A stretch of DNA of 64,000 nt from Campylobacterales bacterium (lineage in GTDB: Bacteria > Campylobacterota > Campylobacteria > Campylobacterales > Sulfurimonadaceae). The stretch lies in NCBI GenBank assembly GCA_038205935.1, contig JBBRBK010000005.1, positions 1 to 64,000 on the forward strand. The letters run 5' to 3'. The position numbers were made by a program, and so were the translations under genes. The notes below the pieces were generated by a model. It saw only the letters and a list, made by a program, of their open reading frames with translations, was not told where the DNA came from and did not search any database. Every line of letters begins with the position of its first letter. The stretch's first letter is position 1. Shown here in pieces: positions 9,888 through 20,638 of this stretch.

Positions 9888-10561
9888 AACAAGCCTTACA
9901 TGTAGCTATTATCATGGATGGAAATGGCCGTTGGGCTGAAGCACGTGGAGAAAAAAGAGTCAAAGGACATGAAGCGGGAGCGAAAATAGTTCGAGAGATC
10001 ACGAAATTTTGCTCTAAACATAAAGATATAGAACGTCTCACTTTGTACGCTTTTTCTACAGAAAACTGGAAACGCCCTCGCCTTGAAGTTGAATTTTTAA
10101 TGAAACTGCTTGAGCGTTACCTTAAAAATGAGCTCGAAGAGTATGTAAAAAATAATGTTAAATTTGAAGCGATCGGCGATATAAGAGCTTTTTCAAAATC
10201 ACTGCAAAAACTAATCAAAAAAGTGGAAGAAAAAACATCTCACTGCGATGGACTTGTGCAAAGTCTAGCGCTCAATTACGGTGCTCATGATGAGATTCTG
10301 CGAGCAATCAATCACCTTAAAAATGAAAAAAAAGATATCACAGAAGAGATGTTTTCTAACGCCCTTGACTGTAAAGATGAAGTAGACATTATGATCCGAA
10401 CCGGCGGAGACCATAGAATATCAAACTTTTTACTTTGGCAGCTCTCTTATGCAGAACTTTTTTTCATTGATACACTCTGGCCAGACTTTAATACAGAAGA
10501 ACTTGGCAAGATAATAGACCAGTTTAACATAAGAGAACGCAGATTTGGAGGACTTAACTAA
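9884..10561 (+). CDS. uppS: Undecaprenyl diphosphate synthase
   Basis: HVAIIMDGNGRWA, YAFSTENWKRP, RTGGDHRISNFLLWQ, RERRFGG. Confidence 0.97.
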   Translation: MKQALHVAIIMDGNGRWAEARGEKRVKGHEAGAKIVREITKFCSKHKDIERLTLYAFSTENWKRPRLEVEFLMKLLERYLKNELEEYVKNNVKFEAIGDIRAFSKSLQKLIKKVEEKTSHCDGLVQSLALNYGAHDEILRAINHLKNEKKDITEEMFSNALDCKDEVDIMIRTGGDHRISNFLLWQLSYAELFFIDTLWPDFNTEELGKIIDQFNIRERRFGGLN

Positions 10562-11379
10562 TGGAATTATTTTTACCTTTTCTCTTTGGCACTCTTTTGG
10601 GTTCTTTTTTAAATGTCCTGATCTTGCGGATTCCTCGTGATGAAAACATTGCATTTCCAGCATCTCACTGCTTTACATGTAACACACCGCTGAAGCCTTG
10701 GCACAATATTCCGCTTTTTTCATGGCTTTTTTTACGCGGAAAATGTGCATTTTGCAAAGCGCCTATCTCTGCACAATATCCCATCATAGAACTTTTAAGC
10801 GGTTTGATCTTTGTTACCATCGCATACAAAATGGGCATCTCGCCTTCCTCTGCATTTGTGGCACTTACTTTTTTGATCTTACTCGCTCTTTCTATGATAG
10901 ATTTTAGATATAAAATGGCACCTGACAGTCTCAATCTTCTAGCCATTTTATTTGCTATACTTGGTGCATACTCGTTTTCAATGTTACTGAATAATCTCCA
11001 AAATGCCTTACTTTTTGCCGGAGGTTTTACCTTGCTTCGCTTTTCACTTTCTTACTTATTGACTTCTATAGCTCATACTAAAGCAAAAAAAACGCAAACT
11101 TCATGGACAAAAAACTATCATACCTATCCATTTATCGAAGCGATGGGAGAAGCTGATATTATGGTGGCCGCAACGATGGGAGCTCTTTTAGGTGTGAAAC
11201 TCGCCCTTGTAGCTATCTTTGTCGCGGCTGTTTTAGCTTTGCCTGTTATGCTCTATGTTCAAGGCAAAAGTCTTGAAGAGCAAAGAGTTCCTTTTATCCC
11301 GTTTTTAGCGATGGGAACCTTTATAACCTATCTTTTAGATTCACAAATCTACGCTTATTTGGAAACACTTTATGCATAA
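10561..11379 (+). CDS. Prepilin peptidase (A24 family)
   Basis: GSFLNV, SHCFTC and GKCAFC CxxC pairs, MIDF, MGEAD, PFIPFL. Confidence 0.9.
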   Translation: MELFLPFLFGTLLGSFLNVLILRIPRDENIAFPASHCFTCNTPLKPWHNIPLFSWLFLRGKCAFCKAPISAQYPIIELLSGLIFVTIAYKMGISPSSAFVALTFLILLALSMIDFRYKMAPDSLNLLAILFAILGAYSFSMLLNNLQNALLFAGGFTLLRFSLSYLLTSIAHTKAKKTQTSWTKNYHTYPFIEAMGEADIMVAATMGALLGVKLALVAIFVAAVLALPVMLYVQGKSLEEQRVPFIPFLAMGTFITYLLDSQIYAYLETLYA

Positions 11380-12391
11380 ACTAAGACGCTATATCATTAA
11401 GAATTTTTCAATTCTTTTTCTATCAATTTTCTTACCACTTTTTGCCATCGCTTCTGTAATCTTTATGATAAAACTAGCAACTTACACGGCCATTATCCAG
11501 CTTACATTTTTTGAGATGGTCAAACTCTATCTTTTCGTATTACCTGAGATTCTTTTTTATACTCTGCCAATCACATTTTTCATCTCTGCGACGCTCACGC
11601 TATTTCGACTTTCAAACGATAACGAGATGATCGTGATCTTTGCACTTGGGATAGAACCAGATTTTATTATCAAAACACTTCTTAAACCTGCGATTCTTTT
11701 GTGTGTTTTACTGAGTTTTGATTTTTTCGTCCTTTTTCCCCATGCAACGGTACTTTCAAGCAACTTTGTTTCATACAAAAAAAGCGAAGCAAAATTCAAT
11801 ATCAAAGCTTCTGAATTTGGAAATAACTTTGGCAACTGGCTTTTGTATGTAGGACATAATAATCCAGATGGAACTTTTGGCGATGTCTTTTTATTTAACA
11901 AAGAAAAGAAAAATGAGATTTTACTAAACGCAAACAAAGCAGAGGTCATTAACCAAAACGGAATCCTAAAACTCAAACTGAGCACCGGCAATGGATACAG
12001 TTATACGCAAGATACTCTTTCACAAATCGACTATCAAACTATCGTCATCAATGATATGATGAAAACAGATCTGAGTACCTACAGAAAACCTCTTGAGTAC
12101 TGGCTCAGCAGTGATAGAGCTGATAGTAAACGTCATATGTTTATCACTGATGTACTCTTAAGTATTTTTCCTATCATCTCTCTCTTTTTTGTAGCGGCTA
12201 TGGGGATCGTGCATGCAAGACACCAAAAAAGTTATGTCTATCTCGCGCTCTTCCTTGCTATCGTGATCTATTATGGCGCAACAATCGGGCTTATCGATGT
12301 GATTGGTTTTTATACTATTCCTGTAGTATTTTTCTTATGGCTGATTGCGACCTATATTATCTATCAAAGAAAGATTGTAGCTCGCTTTTGA
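11372..12391 (+). CDS. LptF/LptG family LPS export permease
   Basis: 3 TM + periplasmic domain + 3 TM; RLSNDNEMIVIFALGI. Confidence 0.85.
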   Translation: MHKLRRYIIKNFSILFLSIFLPLFAIASVIFMIKLATYTAIIQLTFFEMVKLYLFVLPEILFYTLPITFFISATLTLFRLSNDNEMIVIFALGIEPDFIIKTLLKPAILLCVLLSFDFFVLFPHATVLSSNFVSYKKSEAKFNIKASEFGNNFGNWLLYVGHNNPDGTFGDVFLFNKEKKNEILLNANKAEVINQNGILKLKLSTGNGYSYTQDTLSQIDYQTIVINDMMKTDLSTYRKPLEYWLSSDRADSKRHMFITDVLLSIFPIISLFFVAAMGIVHARHQKSYVYLALFLAIVIYYGATIGLIDVIGFYTIPVVFFLWLIATYIIYQRKIVARF

Positions 12392-13113
12392 GAGTAAAAG
12401 CTACCATAGCCTATAACGGTACAAAGTTTTACGGCTCACAGATTCAAGAGAAAGAGATAACCGTCAACGGCACACTTCAAGAAGTTCTCGCCTCTCTTGG
12501 CATCCAAACAAAGATAGAAGCTTCAGGGCGCACAGACAGAGGTGTTCACGCTACCGGGCAAGTGATCCACTTTGATCTTCCCCCTTTTTGGACTGATATA
12601 AATAAACTCCAAGATGTGCTCAATCAAAAACTCCCGACCTCCTTACATGTAAGACAAATCGAAACTGTAAAAGATAACTTTCACGCAAGATACAGCGCTA
12701 AGCGAAGAGTTTATCGTTACATTTTAAAAGAGGGAAAAAGCAATCCTTTTCTAGATGAGTTTGTCACTTTTGTAGAAAAGATTGATATCGAACTGCTTAA
12801 AACTGCAATAAAAAGTTTTGAAGGAACATACGATTTTCAGGGCTTTTACAAAAAAGGAAGTGACAACAAAACGACCATCCGTACGATTTATAAAGCCACT
12901 GCGTACGAACATAAAGCTTTTACAGTTCTTTACTTTGAAGCAAATGGATTTCTTCGCTCTCAGATACGTTTGATGGTGGGAATGTTACTTGGGTTAAACA
13001 GCGGAAAATATAAAATCGAAGATTTAGAAAATCAACTCTTGTGTAAGCAAAAATTCTCCTTCAAACCAGCCCCGTCAAACGGGCTGTATCTGGCTAAAAT
13101 CTTCTATTCGTGA
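12388..13113 (+). CDS. truA: tRNA pseudouridine(38-40) synthase
   Basis: YNGTKFYGSQ, SGRTDRGVHA, FHARYSA, NGFLRSQIR, GLYL. Start placed at TTG 12388 (TTGA overlap with the upstream stop). Confidence 0.95.
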   Translation: MRVKATIAYNGTKFYGSQIQEKEITVNGTLQEVLASLGIQTKIEASGRTDRGVHATGQVIHFDLPPFWTDINKLQDVLNQKLPTSLHVRQIETVKDNFHARYSAKRRVYRYILKEGKSNPFLDEFVTFVEKIDIELLKTAIKSFEGTYDFQGFYKKGSDNKTTIRTIYKATAYEHKAFTVLYFEANGFLRSQIRLMVGMLLGLNSGKYKIEDLENQLLCKQKFSFKPAPSNGLYLAKIFYS

Positions 13114-15107
13114 GCGTCTTTACGTTTGTTGAAGTAAGGAATATATTTCGCTGTTTCATAGATCGACTGCGTTAAGTTTTTCATCTTTGCAAAGAGTTCT
13201 GGATGCTCATTTCTATGATCTACCATCGGATCTTTACTGTGGATATCGTAAAGCCCTTCAAATTTACCAGTTGTTCTGTAGCAGTATTGATCTCCGATGA
13301 GTCCCAAAGTCGGATCTGCTCTATTCATCATTATGTACGCGTAGTGACTATCTTTAAACTTTGGATTAAACACATTGCGTCCCAATGTTGTCGACGTATA
13401 GTCAATTCCTGCAAGTGAAGCGATAGAAGGCACCGCGTCAAGCTCTGACATCACTGTATCGACGACTTTAGGATCTTTTATCATCGGTGAGTAGATCACA
13501 AACGGAACACGGTAAGAGCCAAGAGCAAGGTTTGAAGTGCTCTCAGCTGGTGGTACATGCTGGGAATAGCCATCTATGCCATGATCTCCCCAAAATACAA
13601 AGATAGTATTTTTATAATACTCACTTTTTTTAGCCTCTGCCATAAAAAGTCCTACTGAATAATCCAAAAATCTAAATGAGTTATACTCTTCAAGTGAAGC
13701 AAATCCATATTTTTTCACATCAGCCAAACTCACATCTGTGCGAACTTTAAAACCGTGAGCATTTGTAGGGATCGTGTATGGTCTGTGATTTCCTGAAGTC
13801 TGGATGATAGCCACAAAAGGCTCTTTTTCTTTAGCCAATACTTTACTTGATTCTATTGCCAGATCTGCATCGGAAATGCCCCAAACATCTGTTCTAGGAG
13901 TGCTGTATCTCTCTTCTTCATACAAATCAAGATTATCCATAGACTCATTGAGCATTCCACGGATATTTCCCCAAGAAGCAGAACCACCGATGAAATAGAG
14001 TTTTTTATAATCTTTAAAATCTTCAAAGATTGAGTGTTGATTTACAATCAATGGATTACGACTTGATGTTCCATGAAGTTCTACATCCGGCAAAGAAGTA
14101 AGTGTCGCATAGATACTTCTAGCTGTTCCAACAGTCGGAGTATAAAAGTTTTTAAAGTACCAACCCTTATCTGCATACTCTTTTAAGTATGGCGAAGGAT
14201 CGAGTGGATTTCCTGAAACACTTGATTTATAAGAAGCAAATGATTCCATGATGACAATGACGACATTTGGCTTCGTGCCAACAGTCAAAGTTGGTTTTGC
14301 TTCACGTTTAAAATTCAAGTTCGCTTTATCTTTATGAACGATTCCAAGATAATCAGCCATCACATCATAATGCTCTTTGACTATCTTTACGTCATACGAA
14401 GCACGACCATTTTTCCAAGTATCAAAGAAATAGTGTATCGGGTTATAAGTAAGCTGAGCGGCAAAAGGATGTTTAGAAAAAGAAGCATCCGACCAACGTA
14501 AAGGGTATTGGTCAAGTTTTCCCCAACCCGAAGCAAACATAATAAAAAAGCTTACAAAACCGATAATAATTTTAAGTTTCCATGGATATTTTTCTGCTCG
14601 AGTTTTTTGAAGTTTTGAGATATAACCATTGACTAAAAAAAGAAAAAAGGCGATGATAGACAGATAAGCGATAACGATCCAAATAACCGGATAACTCTCC
14701 CAAACCATCTCCATAGATGTGTTAAAATCAATCAACAATCTTGCTGAAGTAAAGTCAAGTCTAGTCCCTAGATAAGCATAATATCCCACATCTACCGCAT
14801 AAAAAAGCATGAAAGCAGCAAACATTACACCCAAATAAGCAAGCCAAAAAGTTTTTGCTTTCTTTACTTTAAACGGCGAAAAAAATGGAATCCAGCCAAG
14901 AAAAAAGAGAGGTGCTGTCATAATGACGATCATACGAAGATCAAATCTACTTCCAAGCCATAAAGACATCCAAAAGTCATAATTGCTTAAATGTGAAAGA
15001 GGATCAACAAAATAGAAGTAGAATGAAACTCTAAAAAGAGTCAAAAGCAAAGCCATTGCAATAATGAAAACAGTTAAGAAACGAAGTAAACGTGGAATTT
15101 TTAGCAC
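13104..15107 (-). CDS. LTA synthase/sulfatase-family membrane phosphotransferase
   Basis: Five N-terminal TMs; PNVVIVIMES, GTARS (catalytic Thr), NHRPY, WGDHG. Confidence 0.85.
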   Translation of the reverse strand: MLKIPRLLRFLTVFIIAMALLLTLFRVSFYFYFVDPLSHLSNYDFWMSLWLGSRFDLRMIVIMTAPLFFLGWIPFFSPFKVKKAKTFWLAYLGVMFAAFMLFYAVDVGYYAYLGTRLDFTSARLLIDFNTSMEMVWESYPVIWIVIAYLSIIAFFLFLVNGYISKLQKTRAEKYPWKLKIIIGFVSFFIMFASGWGKLDQYPLRWSDASFSKHPFAAQLTYNPIHYFFDTWKNGRASYDVKIVKEHYDVMADYLGIVHKDKANLNFKREAKPTLTVGTKPNVVIVIMESFASYKSSVSGNPLDPSPYLKEYADKGWYFKNFYTPTVGTARSIYATLTSLPDVELHGTSSRNPLIVNQHSIFEDFKDYKKLYFIGGSASWGNIRGMLNESMDNLDLYEEERYSTPRTDVWGISDADLAIESSKVLAKEKEPFVAIIQTSGNHRPYTIPTNAHGFKVRTDVSLADVKKYGFASLEEYNSFRFLDYSVGLFMAEAKKSEYYKNTIFVFWGDHGIDGYSQHVPPAESTSNLALGSYRVPFVIYSPMIKDPKVVDTVMSELDAVPSIASLAGIDYTSTTLGRNVFNPKFKDSHYAYIMMNRADPTLGLIGDQYCYRTTGKFEGLYDIHSKDPMVDHRNEHPELFAKMKNLTQSIYETAKYIPYFNKRKDAHE

Positions 15108-15214
15108 TCAAAACCCTTGTAATAATTTTGCTTATTATAGCCCTTTATCGTAAACCTATAAGTATGGTATCAACTATTTGCGTTATAATTTCGAAAAAAT
15201 TATGGAGACTATTT

Positions 15215-16342
15215 TTGGAAAATCTAAGTTACTACGAAATATTACAGATCGAAAAAAATGCAGATCAGACGATCATCAAAAAAGCCTATAGAAGACTTGC
15301 TAAAGAATACCATCCAGATAAAAATCAGGGTAACGCTGAGGCTGAGACAAAATTCAAATTTATCAATGAAGCTTACCAAACTTTAAGTGACGAACAACAA
15401 AGAGCAGTTTATGATAGATACGGCAAAGAAGGCCTTCAAGGCGGCGGCGGTAGAGGTCGCAGTTCTGGTATGGGCGGTTTTGAAGATCTTGGAAGTATTT
15501 TTGAAGAGATGTTTAACGGTGGCTTTAGTGGCGGTGGGCAAAGACGTTCACGCGCGGATATGGACAAATACCCTCTTGATATGAACGTCGATATGAGTAT
15601 CAGCTTTAACGAGGCTGTCTTTGGATGTGAAAAAGAGATCAATTTCAAATATAAATCATCTTGTTCTAGCTGTAAAGGCACAGGTGCAAAAGATGGGAAA
15701 CTCTCTACATGTAGTCAGTGTCAAGGCAAAGGTCAGGTCTACGTACGTCAAGGCTTTATGACTTTTTCTCAAACTTGTCCTGTATGTCAAGGAGAGGGCA
15801 CAAAGCCATCTGAAAAATGTGGTGATTGTTCTGGTCATGGCTATACAGAAATCAAAGAGAGCGTAAAGATTAATGTTCCAAAAGGGATAGATAACGGAAA
15901 TCGTTTAAGAGTCGGCGGACGTGGAAATATGGGTAAAGGTGGCCGCCGTGGTGATCTTTATGTAACATTTAGTGTTAAAGCCGACAAACACTTCCAGCGA
16001 AATGACAATGATGTTTATATCGAAATCCCTGTATTTTTTACTCAGGCGATCACTGGAAATGAGATCACTATTCCATCTCTCACAGGCGAGTTAAAACTCC
16101 AGCTTGATGTAGGAACTCGTGATAAACAGCATTTTAAATTTAGAAATGAAGGTATTGAAGATGTTCACGGACACGGCAAAGGCGATCTTATTGCCCAAGT
16201 CAATATTACCTATCCTAAAAAGCTAAACGACAACCAAAAAGAACTTCTCTTAAAACTTCAAGAGTCTTTTGGCATCGAGTCAAAACCGCATGAAGGTGTG
16301 TTGGATTCTGCTATTGAAAAGATGAAAAAGTGGTTTAAGTGA
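15215..16342 (+). CDS. dnaJ: Chaperone DnaJ
   Basis: J domain HPD, G/F region, four CxxCxGxG repeats. Start TTG 15215 after GGAG. Confidence 0.97.
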   Translation: MENLSYYEILQIEKNADQTIIKKAYRRLAKEYHPDKNQGNAEAETKFKFINEAYQTLSDEQQRAVYDRYGKEGLQGGGGRGRSSGMGGFEDLGSIFEEMFNGGFSGGGQRRSRADMDKYPLDMNVDMSISFNEAVFGCEKEINFKYKSSCSSCKGTGAKDGKLSTCSQCQGKGQVYVRQGFMTFSQTCPVCQGEGTKPSEKCGDCSGHGYTEIKESVKINVPKGIDNGNRLRVGGRGNMGKGGRRGDLYVTFSVKADKHFQRNDNDVYIEIPVFFTQAITGNEITIPSLTGELKLQLDVGTRDKQHFKFRNEGIEDVHGHGKGDLIAQVNITYPKKLNDNQKELLLKLQESFGIESKPHEGVLDSAIEKMKKWFK

Positions 16343-16686
16343 AAGAACATCTCTCGTCCATCATGATGGGAGCTTTTGCTCTTGCTTTGATTTTAAGTCT
16401 TTGGAAAATATATAAATTTATGCCAAATAAACAGCTTGAAGATGATGATAACACCAAAGAATCTGTAGATCAGCTTACATTTATTATGGTCGATACTATC
16501 CAAAAAAAGTCTACTCCTCCAGCACACAAAGAACTCTTTATCTTGATGAAATCTCATCCTAATTTTGATGAAAAACATTTTTGGAGATTTAATGAAAACA
16601 GACTCCATCAACTCTTGCAAAAATATTACACGAGTCACAATTTAAATTCTATAGAAGAGATACATCAAAAGAAAATACAAAAGTAA
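16339..16686 (+). CDS. Hypothetical membrane-anchored protein
   Basis: GTGA overlap with dnaJ; N-terminal TM; HFWRFNENRL. Confidence 0.6.
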   Translation: MKEHLSSIMMGAFALALILSLWKIYKFMPNKQLEDDDNTKESVDQLTFIMVDTIQKKSTPPAHKELFILMKSHPNFDEKHFWRFNENRLHQLLQKYYTSHNLNSIEEIHQKKIQK

Positions 16687-16704
16687 AATAGAGTCTCTTT
16701 TGTA

Positions 16705-17403
16705 TTATTTTTTCTCCGATATACTCATCTCATATATCCATTTTTGTAACTCTGCCATTGCTTCATAGTCTTTGTATAGCGTCTCTATCAACTTCTCGCC
16801 CTCTTCTATCAGGTGAGAATCGTATTTTTTATAAGCGGCCATCTCTTTATATAAAGAAAGCTCCACATGTGACATCTCTTTTGTAAAGCCTTTGGGATAT
16901 CTTTTCATAGAGGGTTCTAAGGTCTTATAACCTTTATTGTCCAGTTCTTTTAATATAGAGGCTAACGCTTCTCTATGAGCGTCATCTTTGATATATGCAC
17001 GATAAATATCAAGTATCTCTTTTTCAAACCATCTTATACCCACTGATACAAAAAGTTCATCGATGCCATAGTGCATATAAAAGCTGCTGCTTTGAAGACG
17101 TTTGCCTTTGCCTTGCCAGAAGATATAGCCGACACGTGTTTTGATAGGATCGCTTAGAGCAGTTTTATTTCTCCGTATATCTTTATATATGCGAAACAAG
17201 GAAGCGTTTATTTTTGGGATTGCGTTGATGGAAGGTTCTATGGCCATGAGGTGTTCACCCATCTCTACGACAAAGTCGCGAGATGGGTTTAATATAAGAT
17301 TTTCGTAGCGTGATTTTTGAGTTAAAAACCACTCTTTATTATTGTTGTCACGGATCTCTTTTAAAAAAGGAATGATCTCCTTTGAAAATCCGTTAAAGAT
17401 CAT
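16705..17403 (-). CDS. DUF2461 family protein
   Basis: NNNKEWF and SLFRIYKDIR motifs. Confidence 0.8.
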   Translation of the reverse strand: MIFNGFSKEIIPFLKEIRDNNNKEWFLTQKSRYENLILNPSRDFVVEMGEHLMAIEPSINAIPKINASLFRIYKDIRRNKTALSDPIKTRVGYIFWQGKGKRLQSSSFYMHYGIDELFVSVGIRWFEKEILDIYRAYIKDDAHREALASILKELDNKGYKTLEPSMKRYPKGFTKEMSHVELSLYKEMAAYKKYDSHLIEEGEKLIETLYKDYEAMAELQKWIYEMSISEKK

Positions 17404-17408
17404 TATAC

Positions 17409-20400
17409 TTACTTTTCAGTCACTTTTCTATTTCTAAAAGCAATGACAATAAGTGCAAATACTATGAAGTATGTTATAGGCACAAAATCAGGGATAGGCA
17501 CTGGATCACCTTTTGCATATGAGTGCATACCTGCAAGATAGTAATTTACTCCAAAATAGGTCATTAAAACTGAAGTAAATGCAAGCAATGAAATAACACT
17601 GTAACTAAATGGCGTATAAAGTGCTTTTATAAATCTAATGTGTACAACAACTGCGTACACTAAAATCGTCACAAGAGCCCAAGTCTCTTTTGGATCCCAG
17701 CCCCAGTAACGTCCCCAGCTCTCATTTGCCCAAACTCCACCAAGGAAATTTCCAACAGTCAGCATCGCAAGACCGATAAGTAAGCTCATCTCATTGATGG
17801 CATTGAGTTCTAAAATTGAGCTGTTAATACGCGCTTCATTTTTAGAGTTTCTAAGTGCAAAAAGAAGTATTGTAATAAATCCAAGCAGTGCTCCAAGACC
17901 AAGGAAACCATAACTCGCCGTAATCATAGAAACGTGGATGTCAAGCCAGTATGATTGTAAAACAGGTACAAGGTTTGTGACCTTTGGATCCATCCAGCTT
18001 AAATGCGCTACAAAAAGGATCAAACCGGCTAAGATAGATGTCGAAGCCAAAGTAATCGGTGAATGTTTTGAGAAGATAAATCCTGCCAAAACTGTCGCCC
18101 AAGCGATATAAACCATAGATTCAAAACCATTTGACCATGGTGCGTGACCGGAGATGTACCATCTCACCGCAAGACCCAAAGTATGAGCAATAAAAAATGC
18201 TATCAATAAAAACATTGCTGATTTGCTCATTATACTAAGGTTGAATGATGGTTTGAGTATTTTCACAAAAGAGAAACTCAAAAGTACAAAACCAATCAAG
18301 AAATAAAGTGGCCACAATATTTCAAAAATATTTGAATGATTATAAAGTATTTCTAAACGGATTTTAGTTTTATCTGGATAAACAGCCGCTCCATAAAATT
18401 TTTGAAAGCTTTTAACTCCATCAAGTGCAGTATTTGCTTTTGCCCAGTTTCCTGTTTTGATGGCATCATCAATACTTGAAAAGTAAATAACTGCTGCGTC
18501 TTTTACTTTGCCTGCAGACTCTTGATCAAAAGTTTGAAGCGCTTCTATCGTATCAACCCACTTTTGATTGACATCATTTGGTTTTGGCCAAATTTTAATA
18601 ATTGAGCCAGTATAGACCATGAAAGCGACATTTACACGCTCATCCACTGACAAGACTGCTTTATCAAATTGATTTCTGTCTTTTGGTGCTTTACGTGAAG
18701 ACTCTTCTGCATACTGTGCAAGTTTATAACCTTCCATATTTGCCGGAGACTGGAAAAACTCTGAAAATGAAGCATATTTTGCATCTTCAGGAAGTCCAAT
18801 AAATTTGTTGATCTCTTTATTTGAAGTACGGATCATTTTGATCTCACGCCATGCATCAGGGCGTATCATCATCCCAAGAACGATCTGGTTTGCATCAAGA
18901 CCTAAAATAGAATTACTTCTACTAATCTTATTTACAATCTCTGTTGAGAGCGTATCAAGAGGTTTCATTCTTCCATCGCTATCTTGAACGATAAGTTCGC
19001 CAAAAAGTGCTGCATGTGCTTTATCAAAAGATTTTACAGTTTTGATCAGAGGATTGACTTCATCTGCATAAGAGGAAGTATATGAAAAAGCAAAAGCAAG
19101 CGCTAAAAATGCCGCAACTGCTCTACTTGATGCAAGTTTTTTTGCTTTGTTGGAGAGCTTTGCAAATCTACCATTTGGCATCAAAAGTGAGCCAAAAAGT
19201 CCAACAGCAAGCATTAAGTAACCAATATATGTAACCGTTGTCCCTGGATCATTGTTCACAGAAAGTACTGTTCCTTTTTCATCTTGGTCATAAGAAGATT
19301 GGAAAAATCTATATCCTCTATGATCTAAGATATGATTCATATAGATTTTAAAAGGTTCATTCATATTTTGTTCCTTATCTATCAAAGTAACCTCACTTGC
19401 ATAAGAAGAAGGTGACATAGAACCTGGATAACGTGAAAGTTCAAAATGATTTAACTTCAATGCAAATGGAAGAGTAAGAATCTTTGGACCATAATTTACA
19501 GAAACATTAACACCATCGACCATCACAGTCTGGTCATCGCCAAGCTCATTCTTTTTACCATAAACAAGTACTGTTTTAGACTCTTTAGCATCACTTATTT
19601 CAAAGCGAAGGGCATCAGTACCGCCACCCTTTTTACCTTTTACATTTGGATCACTCACAACCTCTTTACTTGCTAATGGATAAAACTCACGTAAAACGAA
19701 GTTTGTTGCATTGTAAGTATTGAGAGTGCGTGTTGCAAACTCTTCTTTTGTGCTCGCTTGTGAAACACCACTGCTTTTGTCATCCATCTTCAAGTATTTT
19801 AAATCCATCGGATGATTTATCATCAGTTTGCCATTTTCGACGAAAAGTTTGACAACTGGTTTGTCAAATTTTTTCCCTGAATCAAAATCAAGAACAAGAT
19901 CACCAGCTTCAAAGAAATCACCTTTTGACAACTGAACACTTTGACCTTGACCATCTAATGTCACCATCATATTTGCTATTGGTGTGCCATTTTTATCTTC
20001 AACAAGTTTTACAATAGCATCTGGAATGTACTCCACAAGCTTTACATGTAGAGTCTTTCCGCCCGCTTGAATCTCTTTGTCAAAACTGTTATGTGTTCTT
20101 TTTGAAAGATAGAGCATCGTAGAATCTTCTACACTTCCTGCTTTAATGTTAACATAAGGCTCCGCACTTTGCATCATCGAAGATGTTTGTCCTTCGCGAA
20201 TATGCATCATACCCTCAAATCCAGAGTAGCGAGTAACTGCGGCTCCTATGAGAATAACAAAGAATGAAACGTGAAATGTAAGAACAAGAATTCTCTCTTT
20301 TCTGTACATCTTAAAATTAATGATGTTCATAAAGAGGTTCAGAGCAAGAAGTCCTAAAAGTACCTCGAACCACCTAGTGTTATAGATATCGGCTTTTGCC

Positions 20401-20516
20401 GTCATCGTACCGAAATCATTTTCTATGATAGTTGCATATCCTATAGAAAACGCAAAAATGAGCATTAAAACGGCCATCGTTTTCATAGAACTCATAAATG
20501 ATAATATTTTTTTCAT
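17409..20516 (-). CDS. ccsBA: Fused system II cytochrome c synthase CcsBA
   Basis: ResB-like N-terminus (FFQSSYD) and CcsA WWD domain WANESWGRYWGWDPKETW; GMHSYA. Confidence 0.9.
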   Translation of the reverse strand: MKKILSFMSSMKTMAVLMLIFAFSIGYATIIENDFGTMTAKADIYNTRWFEVLLGLLALNLFMNIINFKMYRKERILVLTFHVSFFVILIGAAVTRYSGFEGMMHIREGQTSSMMQSAEPYVNIKAGSVEDSTMLYLSKRTHNSFDKEIQAGGKTLHVKLVEYIPDAIVKLVEDKNGTPIANMMVTLDGQGQSVQLSKGDFFEAGDLVLDFDSGKKFDKPVVKLFVENGKLMINHPMDLKYLKMDDKSSGVSQASTKEEFATRTLNTYNATNFVLREFYPLASKEVVSDPNVKGKKGGGTDALRFEISDAKESKTVLVYGKKNELGDDQTVMVDGVNVSVNYGPKILTLPFALKLNHFELSRYPGSMSPSSYASEVTLIDKEQNMNEPFKIYMNHILDHRGYRFFQSSYDQDEKGTVLSVNNDPGTTVTYIGYLMLAVGLFGSLLMPNGRFAKLSNKAKKLASSRAVAAFLALAFAFSYTSSYADEVNPLIKTVKSFDKAHAALFGELIVQDSDGRMKPLDTLSTEIVNKISRSNSILGLDANQIVLGMMIRPDAWREIKMIRTSNKEINKFIGLPEDAKYASFSEFFQSPANMEGYKLAQYAEESSRKAPKDRNQFDKAVLSVDERVNVAFMVYTGSIIKIWPKPNDVNQKWVDTIEALQTFDQESAGKVKDAAVIYFSSIDDAIKTGNWAKANTALDGVKSFQKFYGAAVYPDKTKIRLEILYNHSNIFEILWPLYFLIGFVLLSFSFVKILKPSFNLSIMSKSAMFLLIAFFIAHTLGLAVRWYISGHAPWSNGFESMVYIAWATVLAGFIFSKHSPITLASTSILAGLILFVAHLSWMDPKVTNLVPVLQSYWLDIHVSMITASYGFLGLGALLGFITILLFALRNSKNEARINSSILELNAINEMSLLIGLAMLTVGNFLGGVWANESWGRYWGWDPKETWALVTILVYAVVVHIRFIKALYTPFSYSVISLLAFTSVLMTYFGVNYYLAGMHSYAKGDPVPIPDFVPITYFIVFALIVIAFRNRKVTEK

Positions 20517-20638
20517 TCTGACACCTTTCGTATTTAGCCTCGCATTGTAATGAAACTATGGTAAATATAGATATAAAAGAGAACTAGCCGTGATTTTATT
20601 AAGCTTCTTTAAATTTAAAAATCTTATATATATAAAAG

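Noticed and set aside
10561..11379. Prepilin peptidase as evidence linking the palindrome to competence
   Set aside because: Its position after uppS is ordinary for this phylum and gives no specific support.
15092..15214. Hydrophobic N-terminal extension on DnaJ; similar extensions on truA, polA, ARH and HD-GYP
   Set aside because: Longest-ORF artefacts; better starts with an SD or stop/start coupling lie downstream.
17409..20516. ResB-CcsA fusion as a novelty
   Set aside because: Fused CcsBA is the established form in Helicobacter, Wolinella and relatives.
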